A stretch of DNA of 54,974 nt from a candidate division WOR-3 bacterium (GTDB taxonomy: Bacteria; Hydrothermota; Tepidihabitantia; Tepidihabitantales; Tepidihabitantaceae), in assembly GCA_965649225.1 (NCBI GenBank), contig CBFGJX010000019.1, positions 1 through 54,974 of the forward strand, read 5' to 3'. The stretch's first letter is position 1, and each line of letters begins with the position of its first letter. The position numbers and the translations under genes were made by a program. Shown here in pieces: positions 26,751-36,685 of the stretch. The notes beneath the pieces are model-generated. The model saw only the letters and a list, made by a program, of their open reading frames with translations. It did not search any database and was not told the DNA's origin.

Positions 26751-27578
26751 ATGGCGATGCGTGACTGGCCGGTACTCGGACCATTGCTGAAGCTTTTTTC
26801 GCCCAAAGACAGTTATGTCTGGACACCGGGGCGGATCGGCCCGAGGTTCAAGTGGCTCGACCACACTCACCTGCACATCTTTGACGGACCGCTTGCCGGG
26901 CGGCAGGTGGAGATCATAACCGAAATACTGCCGGCCAAGGCAAACTGTTACTGCTATCTCGAGGGTCGGCAGGTTGGTCGCTGCTATATCGAACGCAAGC
27001 CGCCGGGCCGGGGCATTGTGCTTTGGGATATTGCCGTGCAGGAGAATCTGCGGCGGCACGGGCTGGCTTCAATCATGACCTACACCATCTTCCGCGAGCT
27101 GCTGACCCAGCAGAACACCGCGTCGTTCATGATCCGGATGATGCGGCTGATGAAGCCGGCGGATCGGAACGTCGAGCTGCAAAACGTCGGAATCGGAGTG
27201 ATTGGCAACCGGCTTGGTTTTACGCCCGAGTTCGACATCAAGCGCATTCTTGCCCCGAAGAACATCACCGGCATGGAAGTGCTGCCGGCCAAGGGCAATT
27301 TTCCGCCCAGTTTCAAGATAATCATCAAGACCTTCCCGCTGGTGCTGATTGCCTTCGTGCTGGACCAGGATTCACTGAAGCCGGTCGACGACTTTCGGAC
27401 CTATGTCAAGCTGAGCAAGGACGAGGCGTTGATATTTGACTGGGTTCAGCGCGGATTGATTGTCGTCGGCAATGGCAATTACGTGCTGCGCCGGCAGGGT
27501 ATCGATCAGTTTGTCAATCATATCGCGACCGACGAGTTTGAGGCGCGCGTTTTCCGGCGCCGGATCAGGGGCTGGTAG
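26751..27578 (+). CDS. Hypothetical protein with a GNAT-like motif
   Basis: LWDIAVQENLRRHGLAS resembles acetyl-CoA-binding motif A; GAGG RBS. Confidence 0.6.
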   Translation: MAMRDWPVLGPLLKLFSPKDSYVWTPGRIGPRFKWLDHTHLHIFDGPLAGRQVEIITEILPAKANCYCYLEGRQVGRCYIERKPPGRGIVLWDIAVQENLRRHGLASIMTYTIFRELLTQQNTASFMIRMMRLMKPADRNVELQNVGIGVIGNRLGFTPEFDIKRILAPKNITGMEVLPAKGNFPPSFKIIIKTFPLVLIAFVLDQDSLKPVDDFRTYVKLSKDEALIFDWVQRGLIVVGNGNYVLRRQGIDQFVNHIATDEFEARVFRRRIRGW

Positions 27579-27625
27579 CGCAGCGAGTCATTTGACACCG
27601 GCGGCAGGCGCAGGACAATTGCGGA

Positions 27626-28288
27626 ATGGCGCAGAAAACACGGCTGGAAGCCCACCATTGCATTGAAATCAGTTTCTCCCGGCTGAGCGAGCGCTACGGC
27701 TGTGGGCTGATGCTGAAGAATCTGCCCCGGCTGGGCGGGCCGGATCCACTGCTCAATGTGATGGGTAACTACGGGTTTACCAATCTGCAGGCGGATGTTC
27801 CGGCCCGGCGACACCTGGAAAATTCAGGGCTGCTCAAGCAGTTCTATGACAATGCGTTCGCCGGCAAGGTGCCGCTGCGGCAGAATTTCAAACAGGTGTA
27901 TGGCCATCTTGATTTGTTTCTTGCCTTTGACCCGACACTGAAGGCGGCCTGGTTTGTTGCCGACCCTCAGAACCGCATGGCGCTGGGAAACTACTTTCGC
28001 GATGCAGTTTCGCTCGGGATGAAGAGTCTCGGCGTGGTACTCACCGGCTCGCTGGTGCGGTTGAACGCTGTCGGCTGGCAGAATCTGCACGATATCCTGT
28101 CGGATAGATTGTTCGAGCAGCACCGCGATATCAACCGGGTTGAGGTGCTGAGCGTAATTTCTGGCGTCCGATGGCGGCCGCCGTGTCTTTCGCTGGGGGT
28201 GACGGCATTGAATTTCCGCGAGCTGCCGGAACTGGTCTCGGCGCTGAAGGAAGCGCTGGGCGAGGCCGGTTCCGAGGTCGAGACCTGA
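27626..28288 (+). CDS. Hypothetical protein
   Basis: 220-aa ORF with protein-like composition; its stop overlaps the next start. Confidence 0.6.
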   Translation: MAQKTRLEAHHCIEISFSRLSERYGCGLMLKNLPRLGGPDPLLNVMGNYGFTNLQADVPARRHLENSGLLKQFYDNAFAGKVPLRQNFKQVYGHLDLFLAFDPTLKAAWFVADPQNRMALGNYFRDAVSLGMKSLGVVLTGSLVRLNAVGWQNLHDILSDRLFEQHRDINRVEVLSVISGVRWRPPCLSLGVTALNFRELPELVSALKEALGEAGSEVET

Positions 28289-28953
28289 TGATGGCGGGTC
28301 GGAAGAAACCCGAGCGAATCCGGGTGCGCGCGGCAGTACGACAGGCAGTGCATCGGCTGGAGGCGGCGCCGGTTTTCTGCCGGCTGATGCCCGAGGTAAG
28401 GGTGAATGTGGTGTATGCCGCAGCCGGTGCCGCGTCGAGCATGGATGTGGCCGCGGTCGATGGCCGGATCACGGTGGTGGGCGGCCGGCCGAAGGCAGCC
28501 GGACCGGTCCGCTTCGGGGTGTCGGATCACATGGCCAGGCTGGTGTTGGAACTGAACCGGCACGATCCCGTAATCCGTGCTGGAATGAACTTCCGCTGGC
28601 ACGAGTCGGTGCTGGCGGTAGTGAAACGGTTCTGCCGCGATGAGGGTCTGGAGCTCGGGTGGATTGACCGGAGCCAGGAACCCGAGGAGCTGGTGGGTCG
28701 GGATCAGGCGTCAATCCCCTGGAAAGTAAAAGTGCTGCTGGACTCGACCAGTGGTGTCGTACCGCCGGTGTTCTATGAGTCACGCGGCTGGGGTAAGGAG
28801 CCGCTGTTTTTTCTGGTCGGTCCGGAGCCGGTCGGGCTGGTGCGACGTGTGCTGGCAATAGCCCGCCGGCTGGCCGCTGCCGAGGGTGGGCCGACAACAA
28901 GGACGGCAAAGCGGCCGCGCAGAACGGTTAGCAGCACCCAGAGAAACGGATGA
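28288..28953 (+). CDS. thiN: Stand-alone ThiN-type thiamine-phosphate synthase domain protein
   Basis: PEVR.N..YA, DVAAVDGRI, FG.S.H.AR, R..MN.R, DR..EP and G.GKEP motifs. Confidence 0.8.
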   Translation: MMAGRKKPERIRVRAAVRQAVHRLEAAPVFCRLMPEVRVNVVYAAAGAASSMDVAAVDGRITVVGGRPKAAGPVRFGVSDHMARLVLELNRHDPVIRAGMNFRWHESVLAVVKRFCRDEGLELGWIDRSQEPEELVGRDQASIPWKVKVLLDSTSGVVPPVFYESRGWGKEPLFFLVGPEPVGLVRRVLAIARRLAAAEGGPTTRTAKRPRRTVSSTQRNG

Positions 28954-30692
28954 TGATATACCGTCCGTACCGCGCCGCGCTGGTCGCGGCTGTTTTCTTA
29001 CTGGCAGTTCCGGCAGCATCGGCAGTTGCGGGTCTGCCGGCGACGATTGGGGCACGCGAACTGCGGCCGGGAATGAAGGGTTACGGGCTGTCGGTCTTCT
29101 TTGGCCAGCAGGTGGACAGTTTTGAGGCCGAAGTAATCGATGTCATCGAGAACGAGTGGCCCAGAGGAGATTTGATTCTTTGCCGGCTTTCAGGGCAAGG
29201 GCTGGAAGAGTCGGGAATCGTGGCCGGCATGTCGGGCAGTCCAGTGTTCTTTGAGGGCCGGCTGGCCGGAGCTGTCGCCTACGGCTGGGGGTTTGCCAAG
29301 GAGCCAATCGCCGGAGTGACACCGATCAGGCAGATGCTGGAAATCTGGCGTGACGAAGAGCGGCCGGGCCGAGCCGGCCTCAGAACCGGTTCAAGTAGTT
29401 CGCTGACCGGTGATGACCGGCGGTTGAGTGCGCTGCGGCCGCTGACAGTGCCGTTGGCAGTGTCGGGTCTTGGTCCGGTGGCGGCAGGGGTGATTGACTC
29501 GCTGTTGGGCGGCTGGGGACTGGTGTCAGTCGTGGCTGGCAGCGGTCGCGGAATCGATTCTTCGGATGCAGCACTGTTGCCGGGGTCCGCAATTGGAGTT
29601 GCGCTGGTGGATGGAGATTTGCGGTTCTCGGCGATCGGCACTCTGACCGCGCGTGATGGCGATCGGGTGTTGATTTTCGGTCATCCGATGTTTCAGGCCG
29701 GCAGCGTGGAACTGCCGCTGGTCACCGGTCGGATTCACACGGTGCTGCCGAATGCGCTGTCGTCGTTCAAGATTTTTTCGCCCGGTCCGGTCGTGGGAGC
29801 GGTCACCGAAGACCGTCTGCATGGCGTGGCGGCAAGGCTGGGGTGGCGGGCACCGACACTGCCGGTGAGCGTCAGGCTGATGTCGCCGACTGCCGATGAG
29901 AGCTTCTCGCTGCGTCTGGCTCGCCACGATGAACTGGTGCCGACACTGCTGCCTGCTGCGCTGGCTGGTCTGGTCTATGAATCTGAAGGCACGATGGCCG
30001 AGGCGACGGTTGAGGCGCTGGTTCGTTTGTATCTGCATGGCGAATCCGTGCTGATACGCCACGTGGCGGCCGGGATCGATCCGGCGCGACAGTGGCTGTT
30101 CCGGCTGCGCAATGAGCTGCTGACGGTTTTTGGCAACCGGTTCGAGCGGCCCAGTCTAGACAGCGTGACGGTGAATCTGGTGTTTTCTGCCGGAGCGCAG
30201 CGGGCATGGCTGGAGGGAGTACGGCCGGCCCGACAGCTGGTGCGGCCGGGCGAGCGGGTGCAGTTGCATCTTCGATTGCGCGACTGGCGCGGAGAAAGCC
30301 GGGAAGACAGCATCAAAGTTGATCTGCCGAGCGGCCTGCCCGACGGGCCACTCGTGTTACGGATCGGTCAGCGCGATTCGCTCCTGCTGGATGAGCAGTT
30401 GCGGGCCCCGGAACGGCTGGAACCGCAGAGTCTGCGTACGGCGCTTGAGCTGCTGGCTCAGGCGGGACGTGAGGATGAACTGGCGATAGTGGGCATGCTG
30501 CGCAGTGGCGGAATGGTGCTGGGACGCGGTGAGCTGGCTGCCCTGCCCCGGTCGTTGCGCAGCGTTCTGGCGCCGGGTTCGGCTGCCGGCCGGGGCCAGT
30601 TGACTTCCGAGAGCCGGGTGCTGGATGTCACCGTGCCGATGGGGCGGGTGATTGCGGGTACAGCGCGGGTCGAACTGGAGGTTCGACGGTGA
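28950..30692 (+). CDS. SpoIVB-like peptidase S55 domain protein (exported)
   Basis: L.PGMKGYG.SVF.G, GIVAGMSGSPV..EG.L.GAVAY and FGHP motifs; signal peptide. Confidence 0.88.
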   Translation: MMIYRPYRAALVAAVFLLAVPAASAVAGLPATIGARELRPGMKGYGLSVFFGQQVDSFEAEVIDVIENEWPRGDLILCRLSGQGLEESGIVAGMSGSPVFFEGRLAGAVAYGWGFAKEPIAGVTPIRQMLEIWRDEERPGRAGLRTGSSSSLTGDDRRLSALRPLTVPLAVSGLGPVAAGVIDSLLGGWGLVSVVAGSGRGIDSSDAALLPGSAIGVALVDGDLRFSAIGTLTARDGDRVLIFGHPMFQAGSVELPLVTGRIHTVLPNALSSFKIFSPGPVVGAVTEDRLHGVAARLGWRAPTLPVSVRLMSPTADESFSLRLARHDELVPTLLPAALAGLVYESEGTMAEATVEALVRLYLHGESVLIRHVAAGIDPARQWLFRLRNELLTVFGNRFERPSLDSVTVNLVFSAGAQRAWLEGVRPARQLVRPGERVQLHLRLRDWRGESREDSIKVDLPSGLPDGPLVLRIGQRDSLLLDEQLRAPERLEPQSLRTALELLAQAGREDELAIVGMLRSGGMVLGRGELAALPRSLRSVLAPGSAAGRGQLTSESRVLDVTVPMGRVIAGTARVELEVRR

Positions 30693-30723
30693 GCCTGTTG
30701 ATCGGGCAGCAAAGGATAAGCTG

Positions 30724-32634
30724 ATGAGTCTGTTGACAGTGCTGGGATTGCTGGGAGCTTTGTGGCTGGTTGACGGAACAGATTCTCTCAGTCCGGGGCG
30801 GGACGGTTGTGAAATCGAGAACATTGCACTGCGGCCCGGATGGTTTGAGCTGGCGCCGGCAACGGTCGAGCGCCGTTTGGAGAGCAGCAGTGCGGTGTGG
30901 CGCACGGCTGAGGACCGACGCGGCCGGGTGTGGCTGGCTGCGGGGGACGGGTTGTGGCGGTTGAACCGCAGCGGGGCCGAACGGGTCTTCACACGGGAAA
31001 ACAACGAGGTGATGGCATTGTGCGTCGGGCCGGACGGGAGTGTCTGGTTCGGTTTGACACCGGCGGGCGAAGTATGGCGGATTCGTCCGGGTGGGACTCC
31101 AGAGCTGGTTTTAACGACTGGCGAGGGCTTCGTTCACGACCTCACAGTAGGGCCGGATGGTGCAGTCTATGCCGCAACGGGACCGACAGGACGGCTGTTC
31201 CGGATTGGCCGGGGGAAACCGGGCGTGGTTTTTGCCGCGCCCCAGATGCATCTTTTGAGTCTGGAGTCGGTGCCGGGCGGCTTGCTGGTAGGAACGGCGC
31301 CGGATGGACTGGTGTACCGGTTGAATCTGCGTGGCGACGGTCAGTTCACCGCCGAAGTTCTGTTTGATGCGCCGCTGGCCGAGGTGCGGGCGCTGGGGTT
31401 TGGCAAGAGCGGGCAGCCGGGCGCAGGGACGGAGCAGGTGTATGTTGCGGCAAACTCTGCGCCGGAACTTTTCGAACCACCGCAGGTGTTCTGTCTGAAT
31501 CCGGATCGGACTGTACGCTGGTCATGGACGGCACCCGATTCGGTTGTTCATGCGCTGCTTTGCGGGCCCGACGGGGTACTGGTGGGTACGGGCGGCCCGG
31601 GGCGGCTAGTCGAGCTCGACCGAAACGGTCAGGCGGCAGTGCTGCGGCGGTTTGACGAGGGAGCGGTGGTGTCGGTGGCACAAGGCAGCGAGGGCCGCTT
31701 GCTCGGGCTGGCAAATCCGGCCCGGCTGGTAGTGCTCAAGAATGTGCTGGCGGATTCGGGATGGATCAGCGCGCCGGTTTTTGACTGTGGGGCTCCAGCC
31801 CGCTCCGGCCGGCTTGACCGACTGGCCGATGTGCCAAAAGGTACCGGACTGGAGTTCGAACTCCGGGCAGGCTTTTCCCGGCAGCCTGATTCCACCTGGA
31901 CCGAGTGGCGTCCGGCTGCTGGCTTTGCCGCAACCGGGCGGTTTTTGCAGTGGCGGGCACGCCTGTCAAGCGAGATACCGGGCCGCAGTCCGCGGGTAGA
32001 AAGGGTCGAGCTTTACTACTCGGTACCAAACCGAGCGCCGGTTGTCGAGCGTCTGGAGGTTTCTGGTGTCAGCCTGGCTGATGCCCGTTTGGGACGAAGC
32101 CGGCCGGCACGCGAGTTTACCTTTTCGGCCGACGACCCGGACAGCGACTCGCTGGAAGCTTTTCTGGAACTGCGCCCACGGGGCAAGGTCGATCCAGTTG
32201 TTCGACTGGGGCCGGTTGCAGAGCGGCGGTTTGAGCTGGACAGCCGCACGCTGGCTGATGGCTGGTACGTTGCTGAGGTACTGGTGACCGACCGGCCGGC
32301 GCGGGGTAGCTCGGCATTGGAGGACCGGCAGTCCAGTCGGCCATTTCTGATTGACAATACGCCGCCGACCGTGACTGAATTGAGCGCAGCCGCCGTCGGG
32401 TCCGGCCGCGTCCGGGTTCGGGTGAGGGCGACCGATGCGTTGTCGCCGATTGTCGCTTGCCGAATAGCGGTGGACGGCGGCGAGTGGCAGGCACTGGATG
32501 TCGGGGCTGGTGGCGAACTGAGTGTCGAGCTGGTGGCTGAGGTGAAAACAGCTGCCGAGGGCCGAATCGTGGCGGTGACGGTTTGTGATGCCGGTGGTAA
32601 TGTTGGTGCCGCCCAGCAGGTCATCAAGCGTTGA
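30724..32634 (+). CDS. Exported beta-propeller (WD40-like) protein with an Ig-like C-terminus
   Basis: Repeated L.VGPDG.VY.ATGP.G..YR units; DPDSD.L and IDNTPP motifs. Confidence 0.75.
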   Translation: MSLLTVLGLLGALWLVDGTDSLSPGRDGCEIENIALRPGWFELAPATVERRLESSSAVWRTAEDRRGRVWLAAGDGLWRLNRSGAERVFTRENNEVMALCVGPDGSVWFGLTPAGEVWRIRPGGTPELVLTTGEGFVHDLTVGPDGAVYAATGPTGRLFRIGRGKPGVVFAAPQMHLLSLESVPGGLLVGTAPDGLVYRLNLRGDGQFTAEVLFDAPLAEVRALGFGKSGQPGAGTEQVYVAANSAPELFEPPQVFCLNPDRTVRWSWTAPDSVVHALLCGPDGVLVGTGGPGRLVELDRNGQAAVLRRFDEGAVVSVAQGSEGRLLGLANPARLVVLKNVLADSGWISAPVFDCGAPARSGRLDRLADVPKGTGLEFELRAGFSRQPDSTWTEWRPAAGFAATGRFLQWRARLSSEIPGRSPRVERVELYYSVPNRAPVVERLEVSGVSLADARLGRSRPAREFTFSADDPDSDSLEAFLELRPRGKVDPVVRLGPVAERRFELDSRTLADGWYVAEVLVTDRPARGSSALEDRQSSRPFLIDNTPPTVTELSAAAVGSGRVRVRVRATDALSPIVACRIAVDGGEWQALDVGAGGELSVELVAEVKTAAEGRIVAVTVCDAGGNVGAAQQVIKR

Positions 32635-33047
32635 GACGCTATCGGCTACTCGAGCACACCGCAGACATCAAGGCCGAGATTTTCGGTCGGGACCGGGCTG
32701 AGCTTTTCGTCAACGCCGCTTTCTGCCTTTTTGACCTGATGGTGGATCTGGCGCAGGTGGAAGAGCGTGAGCGCGTGCCGGTGCAGTTACAGTCAAGCGA
32801 TGAGGTCGAGCTGGTGCTGGACTGGCTGCGGGAGTTGTGCTTTCTTTTTTCCAGCCGCGGGCTGGTGGTTGCGCGAGTCGAGCCGTTAGAGCTGGGGTCG
32901 GCCAGTCTGCGGGCAATCCTGCACGGAGAGCGTTATCAGCCGGAGCGGCACGGGCTGAAGGTTGAACTGAAGAATCCGACCTACCACGATTTTCTCTTGG
33001 AGCAGACTGCAACGGGCTGGCGGGCAGTTGTGCTCTTTGACGCTTAG
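32631..33047 (+). CDS. Archease
   Basis: Y..LEHTAD...G...ELF.NAA, WL.EL, K..TYH and A.V.FD motifs. Confidence 0.9.
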   Translation: MRRYRLLEHTADIKAEIFGRDRAELFVNAAFCLFDLMVDLAQVEERERVPVQLQSSDEVELVLDWLRELCFLFSSRGLVVARVEPLELGSASLRAILHGERYQPERHGLKVELKNPTYHDFLLEQTATGWRAVVLFDA

Positions 33048-34213
33048 CCCAGGTTGCGGCGGGGCCAGACTGGCGAGATGTCGCGCAGGCGGGCGACAAC
33101 GCGGGCAAAAACGGCGATGGTATAGTCGATTTCAGCTTCAGTGTTTTCCTGTCCAAGCGAGAAGCGGACCGAAGAATTGGCGAACAATGGGGGTACGCCG
33201 ATCGCCTTGACCGTTGCCGATGGGCCGGATTCGCCGGAGGAGCAGGCCGACCCTGATGCGACGGCGATACCCTCGATGTCAAGACTGACCAGCAGCGCTT
33301 CGCCTTCAACATAGCCGACGCTGACATGGCAGACATTCGGCGCCCGACGTTCGGGATGGCCGTTGACAATGACCTCGGGCACATTGTCAATGATGCCTTG
33401 TTCGAGCCGATCGCGAAGACGGCGTTCGTGCTGGGCATGTTCCGGCCATTCCTGCGCCAGCAGGGAACACGCTGCGCCCAGACCGACGATGCCGATGACG
33501 TTCTCGGTGCCACCGCGCAGTCCCCGTTCCTGATGGCCGCCATGAATCAGCGGTTCAATGGGGGTGCCGGGACGAATGTAGAGCGCACCGATGCCCTTCG
33601 GAGCCCGGAGTTTGTGGCCGGAGATGGTCAACAGGTCCACGCCCAGTTCTGCCACGTTTACCGCCATTTTGCCGGCTGCGGCCACGGCGTCAGTGTGGCA
33701 GATTACGCCGTGCTGGCGGCAGATGGTAGCAATCTCGGCCACCGGCTCGACCGTGCCGATTTCATTGTTGCACAGCATCACCGAGCAGAGCACGGTGTCG
33801 GGGCTGATACTGCGCCGGACGTCATCGGGATCAACCAGACCGTAGCGGTCTACCGGCAGACGGGTCACCCGCCAGCCTTCGGCCTCAAGCCAGGCTGCCG
33901 CGCCAAGGACCGCGCTGTGTTCAATCGCACTGATGATGATATGCCGGCCACGCCGGCGCAGTGCCTGCGCAACTCCTTTGATGGCCCAGTTGTCAGCTTC
34001 GGTGCCGGACCCGGTGAAGAAAATCTCCTCCGGTGCAGCGGAAAGGAAAGTGGCCACCTGCTCGCGGGCTCCGGCAACGCCATCGTAGCACTCCCGGCCG
34101 AAGCTGTGGATGTTGGAAGGGTTGCCAAAAATGCCATCGAGATAGGGCTGGATTGCCCTGGCAACACGGGGGTCAATCCGGGTCGTGGAATTGTTGTCAA
34201 GATAGACGCGCAT
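33044..34213 (-). CDS. iscS: Cysteine desulfurase (IscS/NifS type)
   Basis: YLDNNSTT, GNPS..H, EHSAV, HTDAV, SGHK, RGGTENV and SGSACSSG motifs. Confidence 0.93.
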   Translation of the reverse strand: MRVYLDNNSTTRIDPRVARAIQPYLDGIFGNPSNIHSFGRECYDGVAGAREQVATFLSAAPEEIFFTGSGTEADNWAIKGVAQALRRRGRHIIISAIEHSAVLGAAAWLEAEGWRVTRLPVDRYGLVDPDDVRRSISPDTVLCSVMLCNNEIGTVEPVAEIATICRQHGVICHTDAVAAAGKMAVNVAELGVDLLTISGHKLRAPKGIGALYIRPGTPIEPLIHGGHQERGLRGGTENVIGIVGLGAACSLLAQEWPEHAQHERRLRDRLEQGIIDNVPEVIVNGHPERRAPNVCHVSVGYVEGEALLVSLDIEGIAVASGSACSSGESGPSATVKAIGVPPLFANSSVRFSLGQENTEAEIDYTIAVFARVVARLRDISPVWPRRNLG

Positions 34214-34222
34214 GGCCGTTTC

Positions 34223-34702
34223 TCAGGATTGCGAGTCCGATGCCGGCTCCGGGCGCGGCCGGAAGACAAACTCGCGCCCCAGGAGGACGATAATGCCGAT
34301 GACGATGAAGGCGTCGGCGAGATTGAAGGTGTACCAGCGCCAGCCGCGCAGGCCAATGTCAATAAAGTCGATGACATGGCCAAGGCGCAGGCGGTCAATG
34401 AGGTTGCCAACTGCTCCACCAAGAATCAGTCCATAGGCCAGGCCGGCAAGGCGGTCGCGGTTGCGCAGGGCCATTACTACCACCAGTGCCGAACCGGCAA
34501 GCTGAAGGAAAAGATGCAACAGCGGCGGGCCAAAGGACAGTCCGAAAATGCCGCGTTCGTTGCCGGTGCGCCAGATTCGGACGAAATTACCGGCAACGCG
34601 TACCGGCATACCAGACTCGACAATTCCGTACACCGCAATTTTGGTTACCTGGTCAAGAAACAGGCCGATTATCGATGCCCAGACAAAAAGTCGCCGTGCC
34701 AT
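34223..34702 (-). CDS. lspA: Lipoprotein signal peptidase II
   Basis: DQ.TK, N.G.FG, GGA.GNLIDR, V.DFID and FNLAD motifs. Confidence 0.95.
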   Translation of the reverse strand: MARRLFVWASIIGLFLDQVTKIAVYGIVESGMPVRVAGNFVRIWRTGNERGIFGLSFGPPLLHLFLQLAGSALVVVMALRNRDRLAGLAYGLILGGAVGNLIDRLRLGHVIDFIDIGLRGWRWYTFNLADAFIVIGIIVLLGREFVFRPRPEPASDSQS

Positions 34703-34750
34703 GCGGGTTAAGACTAGTGCCAGCGGGGCGGAACGTCAACGACCGCGCTT

Positions 34751-35695
34751 TCAGTCGGAACGGGGACGGCCGATTGAGTCAAGTTCGTCGGCGTTGTAGA
34801 CGCGAATGTTGTAATGTCGGGCGAATTGCCGGGCGTCTTCGCTCAATTTCGGCGCAGCGACGAGAATCGTCTCGCCGGCATCGATGTCGTAGGCGACGGC
34901 GTAGAGTTTAATCACTTCTTCCGAAGGAACCTCGGTTTCGGCCTGAGCAAAGCTGACCAGTATCCGGTGCTCGAGCGGTCCGGTCTGTTTCGTGCCGAGC
35001 ATGTCGACCAGATGGCTGGAGCCGGACTTGCCGCTGACGGTTACCGACTCCTGGACGGTGTAGCCTTCGCGGGTGAGAAACTCACGGATTCGGGCCTTGG
35101 GAAGACGTTCGCCTTTCAGCCGGGGTACTTGCGCCGGGTCGAGGGTATAGGAGTACAGCAGGATTTCGCGAATGTCGTGTCGGCCGTAGTCGCGACCGCA
35201 GGCCCGGCAGTGCCAGTGCTCGGCGGGTGCGTCAGACAGGGCACCGCAATCCAGACAGCGCCAGCGCTGGCCGAGACTCTGATAATCGGACCCAATGAGC
35301 ACCAGTTCCAGCCGGCACTTCGGGCAGACCCGATTTTCACTCCGGGAGAATTCCTCTTCGGCAGCGACAAAGCCGCAGTTTTCGTGGCGCCACATTGTGC
35401 GACGTACGACATGGCGTGAGTGACACGAAGGGCAGGAGGAGATCAGTCGAATGTCCTGCGAATTGCAGCCCGGGCAGAACGAAGCTTTCTCCTGAAAATG
35501 ACGAACCAGATACCCGAGCCTGGTCAGGTCCTCGAGCAGCTGAACGGCATACTCCGAGTCGACGGACAGAGCGGACTCGAGCTCAGGAAAGCTTACCCAG
35601 GTATTCCGCTTAGGCTCGAAGACTGGAACAAGCCCGGGTGCCTGCTTGTCGAGAAGCAATTCAACAAGCTTCACGACTTGGGGGTCGTTCAGCAC
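34751..35695 (-). CDS. TackOD1-like multi-zinc-ribbon protein fused to an Mrr-like restriction endonuclease-fold domain
   Basis: CPGC, CPSC, H..CG, CPKC...IGSDY, CLDCG and CRAC motifs; C-terminal GKSGSSHLVD...EVIKLYA.AYD...A..FA..Y.I. Confidence 0.7.
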   Translation of the reverse strand: MLNDPQVVKLVELLLDKQAPGLVPVFEPKRNTWVSFPELESALSVDSEYAVQLLEDLTRLGYLVRHFQEKASFCPGCNSQDIRLISSCPSCHSRHVVRRTMWRHENCGFVAAEEEFSRSENRVCPKCRLELVLIGSDYQSLGQRWRCLDCGALSDAPAEHWHCRACGRDYGRHDIREILLYSYTLDPAQVPRLKGERLPKARIREFLTREGYTVQESVTVSGKSGSSHLVDMLGTKQTGPLEHRILVSFAQAETEVPSEEVIKLYAVAYDIDAGETILVAAPKLSEDARQFARHYNIRVYNADELDSIGRPRSD

Positions 35696-35721
35696 CTCTT
35701 CCAGCCTCCGCCTTTGGCGCG

Positions 35722-35749
35722 ATTATATGCCCTACCTCCGGTCTGTCAA
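35722..35749 (-). promoter_or_regulatory. Consensus sigma70 promoter
   Basis: TTGACA-N16-TATAAT on the minus strand upstream of 35695. Confidence 0.7.
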
Positions 35750-35854
35750 ATCTGCCGTGAGGGTCGGATGGAATTCCTTGACTGTCCGGCGCGATGGGGA
35801 TAATAGCCTCAGGCGACGCGCCAAACAATCATCTGAATCTGAAAGGAGCCGCGG

Positions 35855-36685
35855 ATGGGCGCGACAATTCGAATGGCGCTGGCGGCACTGGTCTGTTGCG
35901 TTGCTGGTTGCCGTCGGCCGGCCGCAACGGTCATCACCCTTGCCGGGTCAACTTCGGTCCAGCCGTTCGCCGAGCGGCTGGCTGAGGTTTATATGGCCCG
36001 GCACCGTGATGTCGAGATCAACGTCCAGGGAGGTGGTTCGAGTGCCGGCGTCAGGGCGGTCCAGACCGGCATCTGCAATATCGGCATGTCTTCGCGAGCG
36101 CTGACCTACGATGAGCGTGGACTTACCGAAATACCGATTGCAATCGACGGCATAGTAATGGTAGTTAACAGCACCAATCCAGTCCGGGCGCTGTCGCTTG
36201 AACAGGCCCGGCTGATATTCGCCGGCGCAATTCGTAACTGGCGTGAAGTAGGCGGGCCGGATCGTCGTATCACGGTGATCACCCGCGAGGAGGGCTCAGG
36301 AACCCGTTCCAGTTTTGAAGAGCGGTTGATGACACCACCGCACACCGACCTCACCCGCCCGCGGCCCGAACCGTTGAACTTCGCCGCCGATGCACTGGTG
36401 CAGGATTCCAATGGCGCAGTGCGCGAAATCGTCGCCGGTGACCCGGGCGCGATCGGCTATTTGTCCTTCGGGTTGGTTGACGACCGGGTTGCGGCAGTGG
36501 CACTGGACGGGGTCAAGCCTGACCACGTGACGATCAAGACCGGTCGTTATCCGGTGGTGCGCCGTTTCCTCTTTCTGACCAAGGGCAAGGTAGCCCCGGC
36601 GACACGGCGGTTCATCGATTTCGTGCTCAGCCCGGAAGGACAATCAATCCTCGAAGAGGAAGGGTTGACGCGGATCAACGAATGA
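35855..36685 (+). CDS. pstS: Phosphate ABC transporter substrate-binding lipoprotein
   Basis: Lipobox VAG|C; GSTSVQP, QGGGSSAG, IGMSSR and REEGSGTR motifs. Confidence 0.93.
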   Translation: MGATIRMALAALVCCVAGCRRPAATVITLAGSTSVQPFAERLAEVYMARHRDVEINVQGGGSSAGVRAVQTGICNIGMSSRALTYDERGLTEIPIAIDGIVMVVNSTNPVRALSLEQARLIFAGAIRNWREVGGPDRRITVITREEGSGTRSSFEERLMTPPHTDLTRPRPEPLNFAADALVQDSNGAVREIVAGDPGAIGYLSFGLVDDRVAAVALDGVKPDHVTIKTGRYPVVRRFLFLTKGKVAPATRRFIDFVLSPEGQSILEEEGLTRINE

